This document shows positions 20,288 to 30,694 of a stretch of DNA of 64,000 nucleotides, in pieces. This DNA is from Endomicrobiia bacterium (GTDB lineage Bacteria > Elusimicrobiota > Endomicrobiia > DTEH01): NCBI GenBank assembly GCA_025060535.1, contig JANXCA010000001.1, positions 7,730-71,729 on the forward strand, written 5' to 3'. How positions within the stretch are numbered: the stretch's first letter is position 1; each line of letters opens with the position of its first letter. The notes below the pieces were generated by a model that searched no databases, was not told the DNA's origin, and was given only the letters and a program-made list of their open reading frames with translations. A program made the translations under genes and the position numbers.

Positions 20288-21774
20288 TTTAAGATAAACT
20301 TAATATATAAATTTTCAGTGATAAATTTTATTACTCCATCAAATACTATATGTTTTATATTAGGATATAAAATTATTCCTGAAACAAAACACAAAATCGC
20401 TAATGTTAACATAGAAAACTGCATAAAAAAAGGAACTTCTTTTAAAAGTTTTGGACCTGTATTATATTTTTGTTCGGTATAAAAAGCATATTTTAGAACT
20501 TTTAAAAAACTAGCTAAAGTTAAAACACTTACTAAAGCCGCAATCAAAGCTAATAAGATATCTCTTTTTTCTAAACAAGCTATTATTATAATTAATTTTG
20601 ACCAAAAACCGTTAAAAGGAGGAATTCCTGCAATAGAAAAACTTCCTATTGTTGCAGAAAATGTAGTAATTGGCATTATTCTGTTTACATTATGATACTC
20701 CTTTAAGTTTCTAGTTCCAAAATTATACTCTAAAGCTCCACTTGTTAAAAATAGCAAAGATTTAAATAATGAATGATTAAATAAATGGAAAATACCACCC
20801 AAAATACCCATAGGAGTTGCAAGTCCAATTCCTAAAAAAATATATCCAACTTGACTAATAGAATGATATGCAAGAAGCCTTTTGTAATCCCACTGATATA
20901 AAGCAAGTATCACTCCAACAACCATAGATAAAGTTCCCAGATAACAAATCATCTTTAAGATTTTCTCATCTATAGGAAATACATTAAAGAATAACCTTAC
21001 TATCAAGTATACACCAAGTGTTTTAATAAGAACTCCAGAAAGCATTGCAGAAATTGGTGCCGGAGCTGAAGGATGTGCATCTGGTAACCACCAATGAAAA
21101 GGAACTATTGCTGCTTTAATAACAAAACCAATCATAAATATAAACATTATTACTCTAATAATAAGTTTGTCTTCAGATAATATCAAAATAGAAGCAATAT
21201 CTGCTAAGTTCAATGTAGATGTATAAGCATATATTAAAACTATACCTAATAAAATTAAACCTGTAGAGATAGACCCTAACACCATATATTTAAAGGATGC
21301 TTCTAATTCTTCCTTTTGAGTACCAAAAGCAACGAGTCCATATGAAGCAATAGTTGCTATTTCTAAAAACACAAATATATTGAATATATCTCCACTTATT
21401 ATAACACCATTCATGCCAGCAAGCATTAATTCAAACAAAGAGTAAAACCCCCACTTCTCTGTATATTTTTCAATATATGACACAGAATATATACCTACTA
21501 AAAATGCAACTAAGTTTACTGTAAACAACATAAAAACACTAACAGGATCGGCTACAAGAGCAACTCCATATGGAATTTTCCATCCCCCTACTTCATATAC
21601 AAAAATATTATTGTTTAATGTGTTAATTTTATAAATCCATATAATACATAAAATTAAAACTACAAAATTTATAAGATTTACAAAAACCTCAGAAAATAAC
21701 TTTAAAAATCTTCCAACCATAGTATTAATAAAAGCAGCAAATAACGGTAGAACAACAAAAAGTGGTAAAGTCAT
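20284..21774 (-). CDS. mnhD: Mrp antiporter subunit D-like (MbhH) proton-conducting subunit
   Basis: GDIFNIFVFLEI, EASFKY, PFHWWLPDAHPSAP, KRLLAYHSISQVGY. Confidence 0.92.
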   Translation of the reverse strand: MTLPLFVVLPLFAAFINTMVGRFLKLFSEVFVNLINFVVLILCIIWIYKINTLNNNIFVYEVGGWKIPYGVALVADPVSVFMLFTVNLVAFLVGIYSVSYIEKYTEKWGFYSLFELMLAGMNGVIISGDIFNIFVFLEIATIASYGLVAFGTQKEELEASFKYMVLGSISTGLILLGIVLIYAYTSTLNLADIASILILSEDKLIIRVIMFIFMIGFVIKAAIVPFHWWLPDAHPSAPAPISAMLSGVLIKTLGVYLIVRLFFNVFPIDEKILKMICYLGTLSMVVGVILALYQWDYKRLLAYHSISQVGYIFLGIGLATPMGILGGIFHLFNHSLFKSLLFLTSGALEYNFGTRNLKEYHNVNRIMPITTFSATIGSFSIAGIPPFNGFWSKLIIIIACLEKRDILLALIAALVSVLTLASFLKVLKYAFYTEQKYNTGPKLLKEVPFFMQFSMLTLAILCFVSGIILYPNIKHIVFDGVIKFITENLYIKFILK

Positions 21775-21782
21775 AAAATTAT

Positions 21783-22121
21783 TTAACCTCTTAACTCTTT
21801 TATTTTTGTAATATCAAATGTTTTATACCTATGATATAATCTTAACGCAACAGCAACCATCAAAATTGTTATAGAAAGTCCTATCACAATAGAGGTTAAC
21901 ACCAAAGCTTGCGGAAGAGGATCCACTATATTATCCGCAGGACGATTTTTTAAAAATACAGGGAAACTACCGCCTTTTTTATAGCCTACTATTATAAAAA
22001 ACAAGTTTAGAGCATTATCCATTATTATAAATGATATTATAATCTTTAGTAAGTTTTTTTTCATTACTAACCCATATAAACCTACAAAACATAAACATAA
22101 ACATAAAATATATACTAACAC
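21783..22121 (-). CDS. mnhC: Mrp antiporter subunit C-like (MbhG/NuoK family); GTG start at 22121 preferred over 22154
   Basis: KNLLKIII, DPLPQALVLTSIVIG; AGGAGG lies 10 nt before the GTG. Confidence 0.9.
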   Translation of the reverse strand: MLVYILCLCLCFVGLYGLVMKKNLLKIIISFIIMDNALNLFFIIVGYKKGGSFPVFLKNRPADNIVDPLPQALVLTSIVIGLSITILMVAVALRLYHRYKTFDITKIKELRG

Positions 22122-22140
22122 AAAATTCCACCCTCCTTTT

Positions 22141-22605
22141 TTATTTTTCTTCATCTTGTGGTGAAAATAATATCAAGCATAAGAAAGCACTTAACATTCC
22201 AAAACCCACTTTTATCATAATTGCTATATTAGCTGGTAATATCATACCTCCGGATAACAAACTAAATGCTTTTCCCTGTCCCAAAAAATCCTTAAAAAAC
22301 ACTCCCACAGAAAACCCCATTATAGATATAGAAAGAAACATTAACGCTCCTGTAGTTTCCAAAGATTCCGATAAAATTTTATTAATTTTTTTAACTACAA
22401 AATCTTTACCGTACGCAAGTATTATATGAATAAAAGATAAAGCAACTATAACTCCACCAGCAAACCCTCCCCCCGGACTTAAATGACCAAAAAGAGTAAT
22501 ATACCAACCGTAAAGCATAATAAATAAAACTGTCCATCTGGTGACTGTTTTTACTATCAAACTCATCCCAGATGATGTAAAATTCTTATTATTGGTTTCT
22601 TTCAT
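22141..22605 (-). CDS. mnhB: MnhB-domain protein (MbhF-like)
   Basis: GHLSPGGGFAGG, SGG...NIAIMIKV. Confidence 0.9.
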   Translation of the reverse strand: MKETNNKNFTSSGMSLIVKTVTRWTVLFIMLYGWYITLFGHLSPGGGFAGGVIVALSFIHIILAYGKDFVVKKINKILSESLETTGALMFLSISIMGFSVGVFFKDFLGQGKAFSLLSGGMILPANIAIMIKVGFGMLSAFLCLILFSPQDEEK

Positions 22606-23125
22606 TATTTAACTTTTTACCAACTTTTCTTAAAATTAAAATCACCGATAAAATTGCAGTAAATAAAACTGTTGCTTCTCCTAAAGTATCGTAAGCTCTA
22701 TAATTTAAAATTATAGCAGCAACTATATCCGTAGCACCTGTATCACTAATAGTATTTTTTATGTAATAATCTGAAACTCTATATTTAGGATTTCCAAAAT
22801 CAGGTAAAAATCTTAAAGAAAATCCTAATATAACCAAAAATATAAGGATACTCATCAGAATTGGTATTCGCAACAAAATTTTCTTTTTTTCATATACATC
22901 TTCATCTCTTACTATTGTAGCTCTTATTAGTATTACTAAGGATAATATTTCCACCACAAACTGAACAATAGCAACATCAGGAGCTTGAAGCAACAAAAAC
23001 AATAATGTTAAAATTAACCCTACCGCTCCTAAACTAATAACTGAAGACAATAAATCTCTTATTTCGATAGCAACTATAGCTGCTATAATCATTAATAATA
23101 TAAGTAAAGAAATAATTATTTCCAT
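22589..23125 (-). CDS. MbhD+MbhE-like fusion (MrpA C-terminal modules)
   Basis: LQAPDVAIVQ (MbhD/DUF4040-like) followed by AAIILNYRAYDTLGEATVL (MbhE-like). Confidence 0.85.
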   Translation of the reverse strand: MEIIISLLILLMIIAAIVAIEIRDLLSSVISLGAVGLILTLLFLLLQAPDVAIVQFVVEILSLVILIRATIVRDEDVYEKKKILLRIPILMSILIFLVILGFSLRFLPDFGNPKYRVSDYYIKNTISDTGATDIVAAIILNYRAYDTLGEATVLFTAILSVILILRKVGKKLNNERNQ

Positions 23126-23137
23126 AAAGTTTTAAAA

Positions 23138-25021
23138 TCACAACAAAAATATAAAAAATAAAATTAAAATGCTTATAAATATCCAAGACAAATAACTATG
23201 TAAGTTACCATTATGTAAAAAAGATAATTTTTCAGCTACTTTAAATATATTTTTTTTGCTAAAGATATACAAATCCACTATATCTAACTTAAGGACCTTA
23301 CTAATACCATTTACTAAAAAAGATAAACTCCACAAAAACCAATTATAAATATCAAATAATTTATTTTCTGCTAAATAATAAAGTACTGAAAAAGGAAACA
23401 TTTGCTTTATTGTTAAATAAAAATCTGTAGATGGAAAATAAGATTCTCCTAACTTCTCTTCTTCTCCAAGAAGGTATACATTTACTTTTCTAGGTTTATC
23501 TACAAATAATATATATATAATCAAACCAATAAAAACTCCCAAAATTAATAAATATGTAGCTGCTTGAGCATTCCATTCTCCAATCAATAAAATTTTTTCA
23601 AAACCCAGCATTGGTTTAACAATTCTACTAATAGGTATCTCAAAAGAAAAAATTCCTAAAATTATACATAAAATAGCTAATATACCCATTGGTAATACAT
23701 TAAATATTTTTTCTTTCTCCTTTAATACTCTATTAGTATGTTCATCTTCGTTTTTTGAAAGAAATACTGAATATAACACCTTTACAAAAGAAGCGAATGT
23801 AAGTGCACTACCAAACATAATACTTATTAAAACTAATACACCTACAAAAAAGTATTTTTTTGAAACTTCTATAACTGACTGATATATAAGCCACTTAGAA
23901 AAAAAACCATTAAATGGAGGAATTCCTGAAATAGATAAAGCAGCAATTAAGGTAAAAACAAAACATAAAGGATAATATTTTGCTAAACCCTTAGCTTTAG
24001 TAAGTTCTACATCTTCAGTATATTTTTCAACAAAATCAGAAGACAAAAAAAGTAAAGTTTTATAGATAGTATTATTTATCATATGAAAAACCCCACCTAC
24101 AATACCTAAAACCGATCCTGTCGAAATCCCCACAACCATATATCCAATTTGTGAAATAGCATGATATGAAAGAAGTTTTTTTAAATTATGTTGTATCAAA
24201 GCCATAAATACTGCAATTAAAACAGTTAAACCCCCTAATATCATTAGAAAAGGATGATAACTTAATATAAATATATCTTTTGTAATCCTTACTAACAAAT
24301 ATATACCTAAAATTTTATCTAAAGCTCCAATTAAAAAACCTCCTAAAGCAGAGGGTATCTTCTCTGCAGTTTCAGGAATCCAAGTATGAAAAGGTATAGC
24401 TCCAATTTTACCTAAAGCACCGATTGTTAAAAGACTAAATATCAAAGGATATTTATTAACATCTAAATTATATGAAGTAAAATATAATCCATACATATTA
24501 GAAGCTTCCTTAATTAAAAGAATAATGCCTATTAGTAGGGAAAAATCACTTATACTTATTATAGTTATTGCTTTTGTCGCTGTATTAAACTCATCATTTG
24601 CAGTCACAAATCTTATTAATAAGTAAACAAGTATTCCCAAAATTTCCCAGGAAATTAAAAACAAAATTAAATTTTTGGATAAAAGTGATAAATGTGTGAA
24701 TGCTAAAATAAAAAAAATAAATGAAAAATATATATTTTCTTTTACTGTATCTAAAATTTTTTTTGAAAAAATTACTACAATTAATCCAAAGAAAGAAGCT
24801 AATACAGAACTTATTAAAGAAGTAAAATCACTTATTAGAACTATATCTATTTTTAAGAATTTTAACCAATCAATCATATATTCTTTTCTATTCACTAGCA
24901 AAAGGAGGTTTAACACAAAACAACAAAAAGAAAAAAATAAACTTATGAAATATAATTTTTTTCTAAAAATTAAACAAATCAATCCAGCTAATAAAGGAAT
25001 TAGTATTATTAAATAACCCAT
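23138..25021 (-). CDS. Antiporter-like proton-conducting membrane subunit (NuoL/HyfB-like, long C-terminus)
   Basis: FLISWEI, PFHTWIP, KKLLSYHAISQIGYM, GIPPFNGFFSKW, C-terminal LHNGNLHSYL. Confidence 0.9.
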   Translation of the reverse strand: MGYLIILIPLLAGLICLIFRKKLYFISLFFSFCCFVLNLLLLVNRKEYMIDWLKFLKIDIVLISDFTSLISSVLASFFGLIVVIFSKKILDTVKENIYFSFIFFILAFTHLSLLSKNLILFLISWEILGILVYLLIRFVTANDEFNTATKAITIISISDFSLLIGIILLIKEASNMYGLYFTSYNLDVNKYPLIFSLLTIGALGKIGAIPFHTWIPETAEKIPSALGGFLIGALDKILGIYLLVRITKDIFILSYHPFLMILGGLTVLIAVFMALIQHNLKKLLSYHAISQIGYMVVGISTGSVLGIVGGVFHMINNTIYKTLLFLSSDFVEKYTEDVELTKAKGLAKYYPLCFVFTLIAALSISGIPPFNGFFSKWLIYQSVIEVSKKYFFVGVLVLISIMFGSALTFASFVKVLYSVFLSKNEDEHTNRVLKEKEKIFNVLPMGILAILCIILGIFSFEIPISRIVKPMLGFEKILLIGEWNAQAATYLLILGVFIGLIIYILFVDKPRKVNVYLLGEEEKLGESYFPSTDFYLTIKQMFPFSVLYYLAENKLFDIYNWFLWSLSFLVNGISKVLKLDIVDLYIFSKKNIFKVAEKLSFLHNGNLHSYLSWIFISILILFFIFLL

Positions 25022-25025
25022 ATGT

Positions 25026-26411
25026 TTAAATTTTTATTAATTTTAAAATTATATCTGGATAAACTCCTAAAATAACAGAAAAAAAGGTCAATAAAGCAAC
25101 TACAAAAACCATCCAAGAATAGTGTTGTTTAATATCATATTTTTTGGTTCCTAAAAATACACTATTATATACCCTCATAAAATATACCAAGCTTAAAAGA
25201 GCACCAATGATTAATAAAAATGCTAATGTAATTTTATTTGCTTGTAGCATACCCTTTAATATAAAAAATTTACTCCAAAAACCACTAAAAACTGGAAAAC
25301 CTATTATAGACAATCCACATAAGAAGAAACATGCAGAAACTATCGGCATATTTTTTGATAAACCTCCGAGTTTTAAAATATTCTTTTCTTTTAACTCATG
25401 TTCAATTATTCCTGCAGATAAAAACAACCCTGCTTTTGCAAAAGCATGAGAAATTATATAAAAAATTGCTCCAATTATACTTTCTTTCACATTGACTGCG
25501 AATCCTAAAAATATATAACCTAGTTGAGAAATTGTAGAATATGCTAAAATTCTTTTTATATCAAACTCTGCTAAGGCCATAAAACTTGATATAAAGATTG
25601 TAAAAAATGATAAATAAATAATTAATGACTGTAAATTATTTGAAATTTGAAAAGTAAAATTAAAAATCCTTCCAAAAGCATAGGTTCCTATTTTTACAAG
25701 AACTGCTGCATGTAAAAGTGCTGTAACAGGAGTAGGAGCTACACCTGCATCAGGTAGCCAACTTTGAAATGGTAACTGTGCAGATTTTGCTATCATACCA
25801 ATAATTAAAAATACACCTGCTAAATCAGAAATTTTTCTATCTTTTAAATATGTAAAATCAAAACTTCCAAATTCTATATAATTAATAACTATTCCACATA
25901 ACATCAAAACTGAGCCCAAAGAAGTAACAAGAAAAGCCTTGTTAGCTTTTGTAATATGATCATCTTTTTTGTAAAATTTAATCAATTTCCAAGAACATAA
26001 AGAAGTTAATTCCCAAAAGATATACATCAAAATTAAATTACAACTGAAAACTAAACCTATCATTGAAGCTATAAATAAGGTATTGTAAAAATAATAGTAT
26101 CTTTGATTTTCATCCTCTGATATATACTCAAACGAATAAAGAGTAATTAATAGACTAATAAATACTGAAGTTAAAATAATTAATAATGAATAAAAATCAA
26201 TTATGAAAATATTTATTCCTTTAAAATTTAATAAAAAATTTTTTTCTATATTTAAAAAAAATCTTAAAGACAACACAACCAAACATATTAAACTTAGACT
26301 TATAAAAAATAAAGATAAAAACTTATATAACTTTTTGTTTTTTAAACTTCCAATAAGAAAAACACTTATAAATAATAATATTAAGCTACTTAAAATTAAA
26401 ATATTATTCAT
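25026..26411 (-). CDS. Antiporter-like proton-conducting membrane subunit (NuoL/MrpA N-terminal type)
   Basis: FWELTS, KSAQLPFQSWLPDAGVAPTPVTALLHAA, KRILAYSTISQLGY. Confidence 0.92.
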   Translation of the reverse strand: MNNILILSSLILLFISVFLIGSLKNKKLYKFLSLFFISLSLICLVVLSLRFFLNIEKNFLLNFKGINIFIIDFYSLLIILTSVFISLLITLYSFEYISEDENQRYYYFYNTLFIASMIGLVFSCNLILMYIFWELTSLCSWKLIKFYKKDDHITKANKAFLVTSLGSVLMLCGIVINYIEFGSFDFTYLKDRKISDLAGVFLIIGMIAKSAQLPFQSWLPDAGVAPTPVTALLHAAVLVKIGTYAFGRIFNFTFQISNNLQSLIIYLSFFTIFISSFMALAEFDIKRILAYSTISQLGYIFLGFAVNVKESIIGAIFYIISHAFAKAGLFLSAGIIEHELKEKNILKLGGLSKNMPIVSACFFLCGLSIIGFPVFSGFWSKFFILKGMLQANKITLAFLLIIGALLSLVYFMRVYNSVFLGTKKYDIKQHYSWMVFVVALLTFFSVILGVYPDIILKLIKI

Positions 26412-27591
26412 AGAGTTTCCTTATTTTCTCTGTTTTCTGTTGAGAAAGTTTAACTAAATCGTCCCAACATAAAATTTCTTGATTTGTTTTTAAATCTACT
26501 ACAGTAGCTCTTTCTGTACAACAATAACAAGGATCCACAGCTGCCAAAGTTATTGCTGCATCTGCAATTGTTTGGCCCACAGCTGCTACTTTATTTGAAG
26601 CAATGTTCATATAAGAAGGAGCACGAATTTTATGTCTTATAGGTCTGTTAGAACCATCTGACCGAATATAGTGAAAAACTTCACCACGAGGAGCTTCATG
26701 TCTTCCTATACCTTCACCAGGTGGTATAAAATCAATCTTAGTTTCTATATTCCCCTCAGGTTCCTTTTTCAATTTTTCTAAACATTGTTTTATTATTTTA
26801 ATTGACTCATACATTTCAAGAATTCTAACCACTGCTTTATCAAAAACATCTCCATTATATAAGACAGGAACATTAAATTCAACCTCTCCATAAGCAGCAT
26901 AAGGATCATCTCTTCTTACATCTATGTCTATACCACTTGCACGAGCTGTAGGTCCTACTACACAATACTTAATAGCATCTTCTTTTGTCAGAACACCAAC
27001 TCCTTTAAGTCGTGCATGAATTACTGGATCATCCATAATAGCACCTCTAAACATATCAATCACTGACAACAACCCATCACACATTTTTTCTATCTGGGGG
27101 ACTAAATCATTCGGAATATCTCTTCTTACTCCACCAACTTTAAACATAGCATAATGTTGACGATTACCAGAGATAACTTCTAATATATCACACACATTCT
27201 CCCTATGCTTCCAGGACCACATCCATATTGTATTATATCCTATAAAATGTCCAGCCAATCCTAACCATAAAAAATGAGAATGTAATCTTTCAAGTTCTCC
27301 TATTATACTTCTTATGTATTTAGCACGTACAGGTACATCTATCCCAGCTAAATCCTCCACTGCATTTACATAAGCAAAAGGATGACTTGTAGAACATATA
27401 CCACATATTCTCTCAACTACAAATGGGATTTGATCGTAATGCTTAAGGGTAGAAATTTGTTCAATACCACGATGATTATATCCTATTTCTATTTCTATAT
27501 CTACAACTTTTTCCTCTTCTACATATAATTTAAAAAATTCTGGCTCTTCTTGTAAAGGATGATATGGCCCTATTGGAATAATTTTTTTCAT
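26404..27591 (-). CDS. Group 4 [NiFe]-hydrogenase large subunit (MbhL/HycE-like)
   Basis: GPYHP, GYNHRGIE, L1 ERICGIC, EAPRGE, L2 DPCYCC followed by TER and a 34-aa extension; all four metal-ligating Cys are present. Confidence 0.93.
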   Translation of the reverse strand: MKKIIPIGPYHPLQEEPEFFKLYVEEEKVVDIEIEIGYNHRGIEQISTLKHYDQIPFVVERICGICSTSHPFAYVNAVEDLAGIDVPVRAKYIRSIIGELERLHSHFLWLGLAGHFIGYNTIWMWSWKHRENVCDILEVISGNRQHYAMFKVGGVRRDIPNDLVPQIEKMCDGLLSVIDMFRGAIMDDPVIHARLKGVGVLTKEDAIKYCVVGPTARASGIDIDVRRDDPYAAYGEVEFNVPVLYNGDVFDKAVVRILEMYESIKIIKQCLEKLKKEPEGNIETKIDFIPPGEGIGRHEAPRGEVFHYIRSDGSNRPIRHKIRAPSYMNIASNKVAAVGQTIADAAITLAAVDPCYCCTERATVVDLKTNQEILCWDDLVKLSQQKTEKIRKLYE

Positions 27592-28017
27592 TTATTTTTC
27601 CCTTAATGGATAGCTATTATCTGGCCAATCGTCAGATAATAACAAATGTTTCAAATTAGGATGCCCTATAAAGTTTATACCTATCATCTCCCATATTTCC
27701 CTTTCTATCCATTCAGCTGCAGAAAAAATTGAACTTAAAGAATATATTTCTGGTTTTTCTTTACTAAGCTTTACCCTTAGTGAAACTATCTCTCCTGTTT
27801 TATCATAACTAAAATGATAAATAATCTCAAAATATTTTTCACAATCCATGCCAGTAGCAGTTATAAATCTAAATCCTAACTCATTAAATAAAAGACTTGC
27901 AACTTTTTTTATACTTTCCGGCTTAATTTCAATATAATATCTTCTGTCATTTTTTTTAAATAACTCAATCGTATCTTCACTTATTCTTTGGGTTATTTTA
28001 TTTATTATCTCACTCAT
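27592..28017 (-). CDS. NuoC/MbhK-like subunit
   Basis: EIIYHF, AEWIEREIWEMIGINFIGHP, YPLR. Confidence 0.92.
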   Translation of the reverse strand: MSEIINKITQRISEDTIELFKKNDRRYYIEIKPESIKKVASLLFNELGFRFITATGMDCEKYFEIIYHFSYDKTGEIVSLRVKLSKEKPEIYSLSSIFSAAEWIEREIWEMIGINFIGHPNLKHLLLSDDWPDNSYPLREK

Positions 28018-28025
28018 ATAATAAC

Positions 28026-28445
28026 TTATGTTTTTAGAGATTTTATCAATTTTACTATACCATCAATTATAGCTTCTGGCTTGGGAGGACAACCAGGTAC
28101 ATACGCAGAAACAGGAACAATTTTATCAACATCACAAGGACTATTAAAAGAATCCTTAAAAACTCCCCTTCCACAAGCACAAGTACCAATTGCTACTACA
28201 AAACATGGTTTAGGAGCTTGTTCATATAAATATTTCAATTTTGTATAATTTTTATAATTAGGCACACCTGTCACCAACAAAACATCTGCGTGTCTAATGG
28301 AACCTACTAGTTGAATACCAAATCTTTCTAAGTCATATCTTGGAGTCAAAGCATCTAAAATTTCAATATCACAGTTATTACATGGAGAAAGAGGTAAATG
28401 AAAAACCCACAATGATTTTAATAAAGATTTTTTTATTAATCCCAT
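28026..28445 (-). CDS. [NiFe]-hydrogenase small subunit (NuoB/MbhJ-like)
   Basis: CNNCDIE, YDLERFG, RHADVL, GTCAC, VPGCPP. Confidence 0.93.
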   Translation of the reverse strand: MGLIKKSLLKSLWVFHLPLSPCNNCDIEILDALTPRYDLERFGIQLVGSIRHADVLLVTGVPNYKNYTKLKYLYEQAPKPCFVVAIGTCACGRGVFKDSFNSPCDVDKIVPVSAYVPGCPPKPEAIIDGIVKLIKSLKT

Positions 28446-28452
28446 ATTTATT

Positions 28453-29364
28453 TTATAAAATAAATAATAAAATAACTGATAATAAACTTAAAGGGAATAT
28501 TATAAACCAAAAAAATTTCATTACTTGAATTATTTTTAATCTCGGATTTATATTTTTAAAAATAATTATAAAAAATAAAATCATTAAGTACTTTATTACA
28601 AAAGAAACGACTCCTCCATCAAAAAAATATAATCCTACTAAAAAAGCTGGAAAAAGAGACATAAAAACTTGTTTTGTTAATTTTATTAATCCTAAAAGAA
28701 TTCCAGAAAATTCCATCAAAATGCCTCCAGCAATTTCAGTCTCAGCTTCAGGAGCATCAAATGGTACTATCCCACTTTTAGCATATAAACAAATAAATAA
28801 TACAAAAAATGACAAAATTGAAGGCAAAGAAAGAGTATTCTTTTGCATTATTTCTATCAACTTTAAGCTACCAGAGTTTAAAATTGGAACTAATGTTGCT
28901 GTTATGAGTGGTAATTCATAAGATAATAACATTTTTATTTCTCTAGAAACTCCCAATGATACAATTACATTGCCAGATGAAGCTCCCCCTAGTATTAACA
29001 TAACAGAGGGAATTAACAAAAGATAAACAAAAACAGTAATATCTCCGATAAATCCTTTTTTAAAAATTATAGCTGTCCATAAAATAGAAGATGCTAATAC
29101 AACTGATGCAAAACTTAAAAATGGAGATAAGAAAAACAGTAAGTTTGCATTTTTAGGAACGGTTACTTCTTTTAAAAGTAGTTTAAAAAAATCATATAAA
29201 GGTTGAAGCAAAGGTGGACCTTGACGATATTGTAGTCTTGCTGTTATCTTTCTATCTAAAAAACTCACAAAAATAGAAAGAATAAAACTAAACAAAAATC
29301 CAGGAAATAAAAGATAAATAAACAAAGAATTTATAACATTCATAATTACTTCTCTAAAATCCAC
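28453..29364 (-). CDS. NuoH/MbhM/HycD-like membrane subunit
   Basis: RKITARLQYRQGPPLLQP, PFDAPEAETEI...EFSG. Confidence 0.93.
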   Translation of the reverse strand: MDFREVIMNVINSLFIYLLFPGFLFSFILSIFVSFLDRKITARLQYRQGPPLLQPLYDFFKLLLKEVTVPKNANLLFFLSPFLSFASVVLASSILWTAIIFKKGFIGDITVFVYLLLIPSVMLILGGASSGNVIVSLGVSREIKMLLSYELPLITATLVPILNSGSLKLIEIMQKNTLSLPSILSFFVLFICLYAKSGIVPFDAPEAETEIAGGILMEFSGILLGLIKLTKQVFMSLFPAFLVGLYFFDGGVVSFVIKYLMILFFIIIFKNINPRLKIIQVMKFFWFIIFPLSLLSVILLFIL

Positions 29365-29870
29365 TTCATTACACGAACAACTAAGTTCTTATTTATTTCA
29401 TATATATTTTCTTTTTCATTCGGTTGCACATCTCTATAAGAAATAGCTCCTTCCGGACAAGTCACACTGCATAAAGGAGGATTCTCATCACTTGCACGGT
29501 CTAAACAAAAATCACATTGTGAACTTTTATAATCTAAAACATCTTTGTATATAGTACCAAATGGACAAGCTACTAAACAACTTTTACAAGATGTGCATCT
29601 AAATAAACTTTTATGTAAAATACCATCTTTATCTTTAAATAAGGCCTCATTTGGACAACTATTTATACAAAACGCATCTTCACATCTTCTACAAATAAAA
29701 TACTGTAAGACCTTTGAAAAAAACTTCTCAAATCCTTTGTTTAAAGATTTTTCTTTTGGTTTATCTTTATAAACATGCGAATGTTGATAAAAATAAGAAC
29801 ATTCTGCTTTACATTCTTTACAACTATAACATTTTTCTATGTCTATAAATATTCTTTTCATTTTATTCAA
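29346..29870 (-). CDS. Multi-[4Fe-4S] electron-transfer subunit (CooF/HycB/DmsB-like)
   Basis: CYSCKEC, CRRCEDAFCINSCP, CTSCKSCLVACP, CDFC...PLCSVTCP. Confidence 0.88.
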   Translation of the reverse strand: MNKMKRIFIDIEKCYSCKECKAECSYFYQHSHVYKDKPKEKSLNKGFEKFFSKVLQYFICRRCEDAFCINSCPNEALFKDKDGILHKSLFRCTSCKSCLVACPFGTIYKDVLDYKSSQCDFCLDRASDENPPLCSVTCPEGAISYRDVQPNEKENIYEINKNLVVRVMKWILEK

Positions 29871-30684
29871 ATGGTTCTGGTATGTCTTTTAGTTGCTCCC
29901 AACTAAACACAGGCCCATCTTTACAGATAAAATAACTTCCAATCTGACAATGACCACATTTGCCTAAACCACAACTCATATTTCGTTCCATTGAAAGATA
30001 AATCTGATTAGGTTTAAATTTCATATCAATCAATTTTAATGTAGTAAATTTCATCATTATCGGTGGTCCACATACAACAGCAACCGAATTTTCTACATCA
30101 ATTTTTATCTTATCTAACAAACAAGTAACCACCCCTACAGTTTCATCCCACTCTCCCGGCTGACATCTATCTACAGATCTTAAAATTTCCAATCCTTTAA
30201 TTTTATACCATTCTGGAAACAGATATTTATATACTATATCAGATGGAGTTCTTGCTCCGTAACATAAAACTATTTTTTTAAAATCTGAAATTTTTTCAAT
30301 TAAAGTAAAAAGTAAAGATCTCAATGGCGCAAGTCCTACTCCTCCACCAACTATTAACACTTCCTTTCCCACAAAACTTTCAACAGGATAACCTTTCCCA
30401 TAAGGACCGCGAATGCCGACTATTTCTCCCTCTTTCATAGAATGCAAAAATTCCGTCATTCTCCCCACACGCATAATTGTCACATCCATTGTGTCTGTTT
30501 TATATGGAGAAGAAGAAGGTGTAAACGGCGCTTCTCCAACACCATATACTGTAAGTTCTATAAACTGCCCAGTTTTAAAAGAAAACTTATCGCTATCTAA
30601 TGGTTTAAGAGTAAATGTTTTAATATTTGGAGTTTCTTCTATAATCTTTATAATTTTAAAATTTTGAGGTTTATATATACTCAT
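29863..30684 (-). CDS. FAD/NAD(P)-binding [2Fe-2S] subunit (HydG/AsrB/FlxA-like)
   Basis: FKTGQF, RGPYG, GGGVGLAP, CGPPIMM, ERNMSCGLGKCGHC...CKDGPVF. Confidence 0.92.
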   Translation of the reverse strand: MSIYKPQNFKIIKIIEETPNIKTFTLKPLDSDKFSFKTGQFIELTVYGVGEAPFTPSSSPYKTDTMDVTIMRVGRMTEFLHSMKEGEIVGIRGPYGKGYPVESFVGKEVLIVGGGVGLAPLRSLLFTLIEKISDFKKIVLCYGARTPSDIVYKYLFPEWYKIKGLEILRSVDRCQPGEWDETVGVVTCLLDKIKIDVENSVAVVCGPPIMMKFTTLKLIDMKFKPNQIYLSMERNMSCGLGKCGHCQIGSYFICKDGPVFSWEQLKDIPEPFE

Positions 30685-30694
30685 TTTTAAAAAA

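Noticed and set aside
18435..29364. Annotation as respiratory complex I (nuo) or MBS/Mbx
   Set aside because: The large subunit keeps both Ni-binding CxxC motifs and a C-terminal extension, NuoEFG is absent, and Mrp E/F/G are present.
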